NCBI GenBank assembly: GCA_964016885.1
Contig: OZ024758.1
Span: 19,158,001 to 19,222,000, forward strand
Direction of reading: 5' to 3'
Length of the DNA stretch: 64,000 nt
Origin: Eledone cirrhosa
Lineage: Eukaryota
Shown: piece by piece, positions 60,323 to 64,000 of the stretch
How positions within the stretch are numbered: position 1 is the first letter of the stretch
How the letters are laid out: every line of letters begins with the position of its first letter
Program-made: the position numbers and the translations under genes
Notes under the pieces: model-generated
Database searches by the model: none
Told to the model about the DNA's origin: nothing
Seen by the model: the letters and a program-made list of their open reading frames with translations, nothing else

Positions 60323-60696
60323 TATAAACAATGTCTGTCCCAGGAGGGGTACTGTAATAGTTGTTGCATAGACTGACTGCCTCTCTCTCCTAAAAGTCTG
60401 TTTAATTAATTAGGTTGGTCATACTAATCTGAGTCTCAAGTCTCAAAAAATAAATAAATAAAACCCACCAATATAATAAAAGAAAAAAATGACGAAACAC
60501 AACTAAATAAATCGAATCAACAAAAATAACAACAAAAATAATCTAATGAACATTTGTCACATCAGACAAACCTAGTTGAAATAATGGGATCCAGGTGATG
60601 TTGTTATGACTACGTAGTTTTAACTGATGAACGAATAATGTCATGCACTGCATACAATCAACCGTGGGTAATTGTCAAGTTGGACAACAATACTTT

Positions 60697-60699
<3 letters not shown>

Positions 60700-60736
<37 letters not shown>

Positions 60737-60848
60737 CATACATGAATATATGTACGTATGTATGTATATATATATATATGCATGTATGTATATATATATG
60801 TATGTATATATATATGTATATATATATATGTATGTATATATATATATG

Positions 60849-60890
<42 letters not shown>

Positions 60891-60964
60891 ATTTTTTTTT
60901 ATATATATATATATATATTTATTATATATATATATATATTTTTTTTTATATATATATGTGTATG

Positions 60965-61001
<37 letters not shown>

Positions 61002-61182
61002 GTATATATATGTATATGTATATATATATATTATATATTTGTATATGTATATATATATATTATATATTTGTATATGTATATATATATATTATATATAGAT
61101 GTATATGTATATATATATATTATATATATATGTATATGTATATATATATATTATATATTTGTATATGTATATATATATATAT

Positions 61183-61217
<35 letters not shown>

Positions 61218-61304
61218 TATATATATATATATGTATATATATATATTATATATACATATTTATGTATATATATATATTATATATTTGTATATGTATATAT
61301 ATAT

Positions 61305-61337
<33 letters not shown>

Positions 61338-61373
61338 TATATATATATATTATATATATATATATATTTATTT

Positions 61374-61441
<68 letters not shown>

Positions 61442-61698
61442 TATATATATATATTCATGCAAAAATGTATTTATATATATATATATATTCATATATATAT
61501 ATATATGGATATATATATATATATATATATATTCAAGCAAGTATGTATTTGATATATATATCTTCATATATATATATATATATTAATACAAGTATGTTTT
61601 TATTTATATATATATTCATATACATATATATATATATATAGTCATGCAAGTATGTATTCGATATATATCTATTTATATATATATATATATATATAAAT
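60700..61698. repeat. ~1-kb degenerate (TA)n tract
   Basis: Directly visible. Confidence 0.95.
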
Positions 61699-61699
61699 A

Positions 61700-61910
61700 G
61701 AAGTGGTTACTCAACAGTTATTTCACCATACCGAGAACAATTGTTTAACCTTAGCGGATCCTTAGCTCCCATTACGAGATGAGGATCCGCTAAGGTGTAA
61801 CAATTGTTCTCGGTTTCGTGAACTAACTGTTCTGTAAGCACGTCAACCTAACTCGTCCCAAGGACTGAGTGCTCTACCACTACGACTATTACCTTCCATT
61901 GTTCTGCCAC
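61700..61910 (+). mobile_element. Fold-back pLTR-like fragment (63-bp arms) turning at a decayed HHR core
   Basis: 61700-61762 pairs with 61782-61844. The two arms suggest an ancestral cgag CTGATGA ggatccgctaaggt GAAA caattg TT ctcg. Confidence 0.65.
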
Positions 61911-61912
61911 TA

Positions 61913-62006
<94 letters not shown>

Positions 62007-62016
62007 TAGACATATT

Positions 62017-62237
62017 ATATTTATTAAAATAACGGATTAAAGTTTAAGTAAATAATCGCTGCTTTCACCCTGAACGGGATCTTCTGAAAATGAGTTTGAG
62101 AAGATCCCGTTAAGGATGAAAACAGCGATTTTTTTTATTAAACTTTAATATGTTATTTTAATAAATATTTGGTCTACGGTTCTTATATATCTGATATATA
62201 TTTATCCTTATCGAGCCCTCTTTGGATTTTAGTCTTC
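62017..62237 (+). mobile_element. Family G fold-back fragment (~69-bp arms) turning at an HHR-like core
   Basis: 62017-62085 pairs with 62099-62168. The left arm on the minus strand reads CAGAAGA t ccc gttca ggg t GAAA. The tail is homologous to 10262-10350. Confidence 0.65.
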
Positions 62238-62263
62238 AAATTTATTATTATTACTATATATAT

Positions 62264-62354
62264 AACGAAGGAATTGTGGTAAGGAACTAGATGGACCATA
62301 AAGAACCAAAGTACTCCATACTTAAGGTAGTAGAGTGGGTAATAGGAAAAAGTA
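62264..62354 (-). mobile_element. Family A 3' fragment
   Basis: AACGAAGGAATTGTGGTAAGGAACTAGATGGACCATAA..., as at 8468. Confidence 0.75.
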
Positions 62355-62681
62355 TGGGATCATACTTTTTCATATATATATATATTCATGTTTATATGTA
62401 TGTATATATATATATATACATATATATATATAAATATATATTTATATATATATATATATATTGTTATACTTGGGGAGGGTCATATTTGCGTAATATTGCC
62501 AGAATTAATAACAGAACACACTCACTGTTTGGTTGGTTTTCGCTTCTCGCTGTCTTTTATTATATCTGCGATCTAACTTACTCGGTCCTCAATGTTGCCA
62601 TTGACTGACCGGCGGTCAAAAATAATACAGATACAATATAGACACAAACACATATATATATATATATAGTTTACATAATTT

Positions 62682-62723
62682 ACATAAATCTTTCGTTGCA
62701 CATCTGCAACATCGTCAGTGGTG
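62682..62723 (-). ncRNA. Minimal hammerhead motif, core intact, weak helix I
   Basis: Minus strand: cca CTGACGA t gttgca gatg tgcaac GAAA gatt TA tg. Confidence 0.6.
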
Positions 62724-63002
62724 TTATATTCATTGTTCCTCCTGTTGTGTTGTATGTCTACGCCATTTTTTTTTGTTCAGTCTGTCTATATATTTATTTA
62801 TTTATTTGCTTGTTTGTTTATCTTATTTTATTTTGTCTTCTTTGCGCATGCGTTTGCGTGTGTGTATAGTGTTATGTGTGATGTGTGACTAGTGTGTATA
62901 GTGTTGTGTCTGCTGGGTGACTAGTGTGTGCTTATGTGCTTGTTGTTATTGTGCTTGTGTATGTATTTATTTATCTTATTTTATTTAATTTTATTTACTT
63001 AT

Positions 63003-63359
63003 TTATACTTCTCTTAGGTCAGTGTTGTTTGTTTGGGTGTTGTTTTTGTTCCACTCATTCTTTCTGTTTAGCTTTGGTCTTCTAATTTCTATTTCACTGG
63101 CCTCTCTGATTTGCCTATCTGCTGGGTCATTCCTATGTTTAGATATTATTCTAATTTCTATGTTGTCTATGTTACCGTCATGTTGTTGTCTAGCATGTTC
63201 GTATAGTACTGACCCGTTTTTTCGTCCTTTTAGTTCCCCCCAGTGTTGGTCTATCCTTTCACCTATGCTACGAGCTGTCTCACCTATGTATGTTGTTGTC
63301 AGGTTTCTGCAAGTACCCTCTGTACATCTTATGCTATAGACTACGTTTCTAGTTTTACA

Positions 63360-63362
<3 letters not shown>
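63003..63362 (-). pseudogene. Uninterrupted GIY-YIG endonuclease domain (~120 codons) of a Penelope-like element, no native start
   Basis: FCKTRNVVYSIRCTEGTCRNLTTTYIGETARSIGERIDQH...LYEHARQQH...RQIREASEI...PKLN. It shows the VVY/YIG motifs, conserved R/E/N and CCHH residues. Confidence 0.9.
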
Positions 63363-63399
<37 letters not shown>

Positions 63400-63546
63400 C
63401 CACACACAGAAAAATATATATAACACTATTATAGAAATGTAATTCTGGTTATGAATGCTAGATTCAAAACGATCTATATTTAAACAAAGTTAGAATTTGA
63501 TTTTTTGCATTTACATATCGGATTACATAAAGGTATTTATGAGTTT

Positions 63547-63577
<31 letters not shown>

Positions 63578-63785
63578 GATTTCTTTATTTCTTTATTTAT
63601 TTATTTATGCATTTAAAACTACTAGTAACGTTGTTTGAACATGAAAAATAGTATTATATCCATACGTGGTGTACTTAAACCCTGGAAACGGAATAATATC
63701 TCCAGGGTTTATATGGCCAAATATTTTCGCAATCTTCCATAGACAAACAATGATGATGCTGCTTTTAAATTAACACACAGGCACA

Positions 63786-63862
<77 letters not shown>

Positions 63863-63866
<4 letters not shown>

Positions 63867-63980
63867 CGAAACTAGCTGTCGAAACGGCCGGAGCACAGCC
63901 GTCGAGGTCCTGACCTTCTGCAATTACCCGCTATACTGCCCTAAGTATTGAGTACTCTGGGCCGTTATGGTCCACCTGGT
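63863..63980 (+). mobile_element. Family A-related copy
   Basis: GCTGTCGAAACGGC...CCCTAAGTATTGAGTACTCTGGGCCGTTATGGTCCACCTGGT between (TA)n tracts. Confidence 0.75.
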
Positions 63981-64000
63981 ATATATATATATATATATAT

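Larger units (their letters stand above)
62460..63362 (-). mobile_element. 5'-truncated Penelope-like element (probably Neptune-type) inserted in (TA)n
   Basis: GIY-YIG ORF, AC-rich 3' region, HHR, and the terminus ATATGACCCTCCCCAAGTATAACAA shared with 673-1804. Confidence 0.88.

Noticed and set aside
60620-60660. CTGATGA as another hammerhead core
   Set aside because: No helix II or GAAA follows.
63363-63407. N-terminal extension (MCGCIYIY...) of the GIY-YIG ORF as a real start
   Set aside because: It derives from the flanking (TA)n tract, so the ORF is a truncated element rather than an intact gene.

Overview
Very AT-rich, gene-poor eukaryotic DNA, intergenic or intronic. The repeat content suggests an octopod cephalopod; this is inferred from recognised SINE types, not from a database search. 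There is no convincing host protein-coding gene: almost all ORFs in the track are translations of (TA)n, (CA)n, (GA)n or trinucleotide microsatellites. The window holds: (1) more than 20 copies of a tRNA-derived, Meta-domain-like SINE, three with clear target-site duplications; (2) a second, CORE-type SINE; (3) two R4/Dong-type LINE 3' fragments; (4) several RTE-type LINE fragments and a bipartite RTE-derived element; (5) a hAT/Charlie-like MITE; (6) two Penelope-like GIY-YIG fragments. The main observation is roughly ten distinct short sequence families sitting in (TA)n tracts that carry minimal type-I hammerhead-ribozyme (HHR) motifs, i.e. CUGANGA-helix II-GAAA-short, often palindromic loop-UH. 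Many are fold-back structures whose turn point lies at or inside the HHR core. All alignments and folds were done by eye, so boundaries may be off by a few bases.
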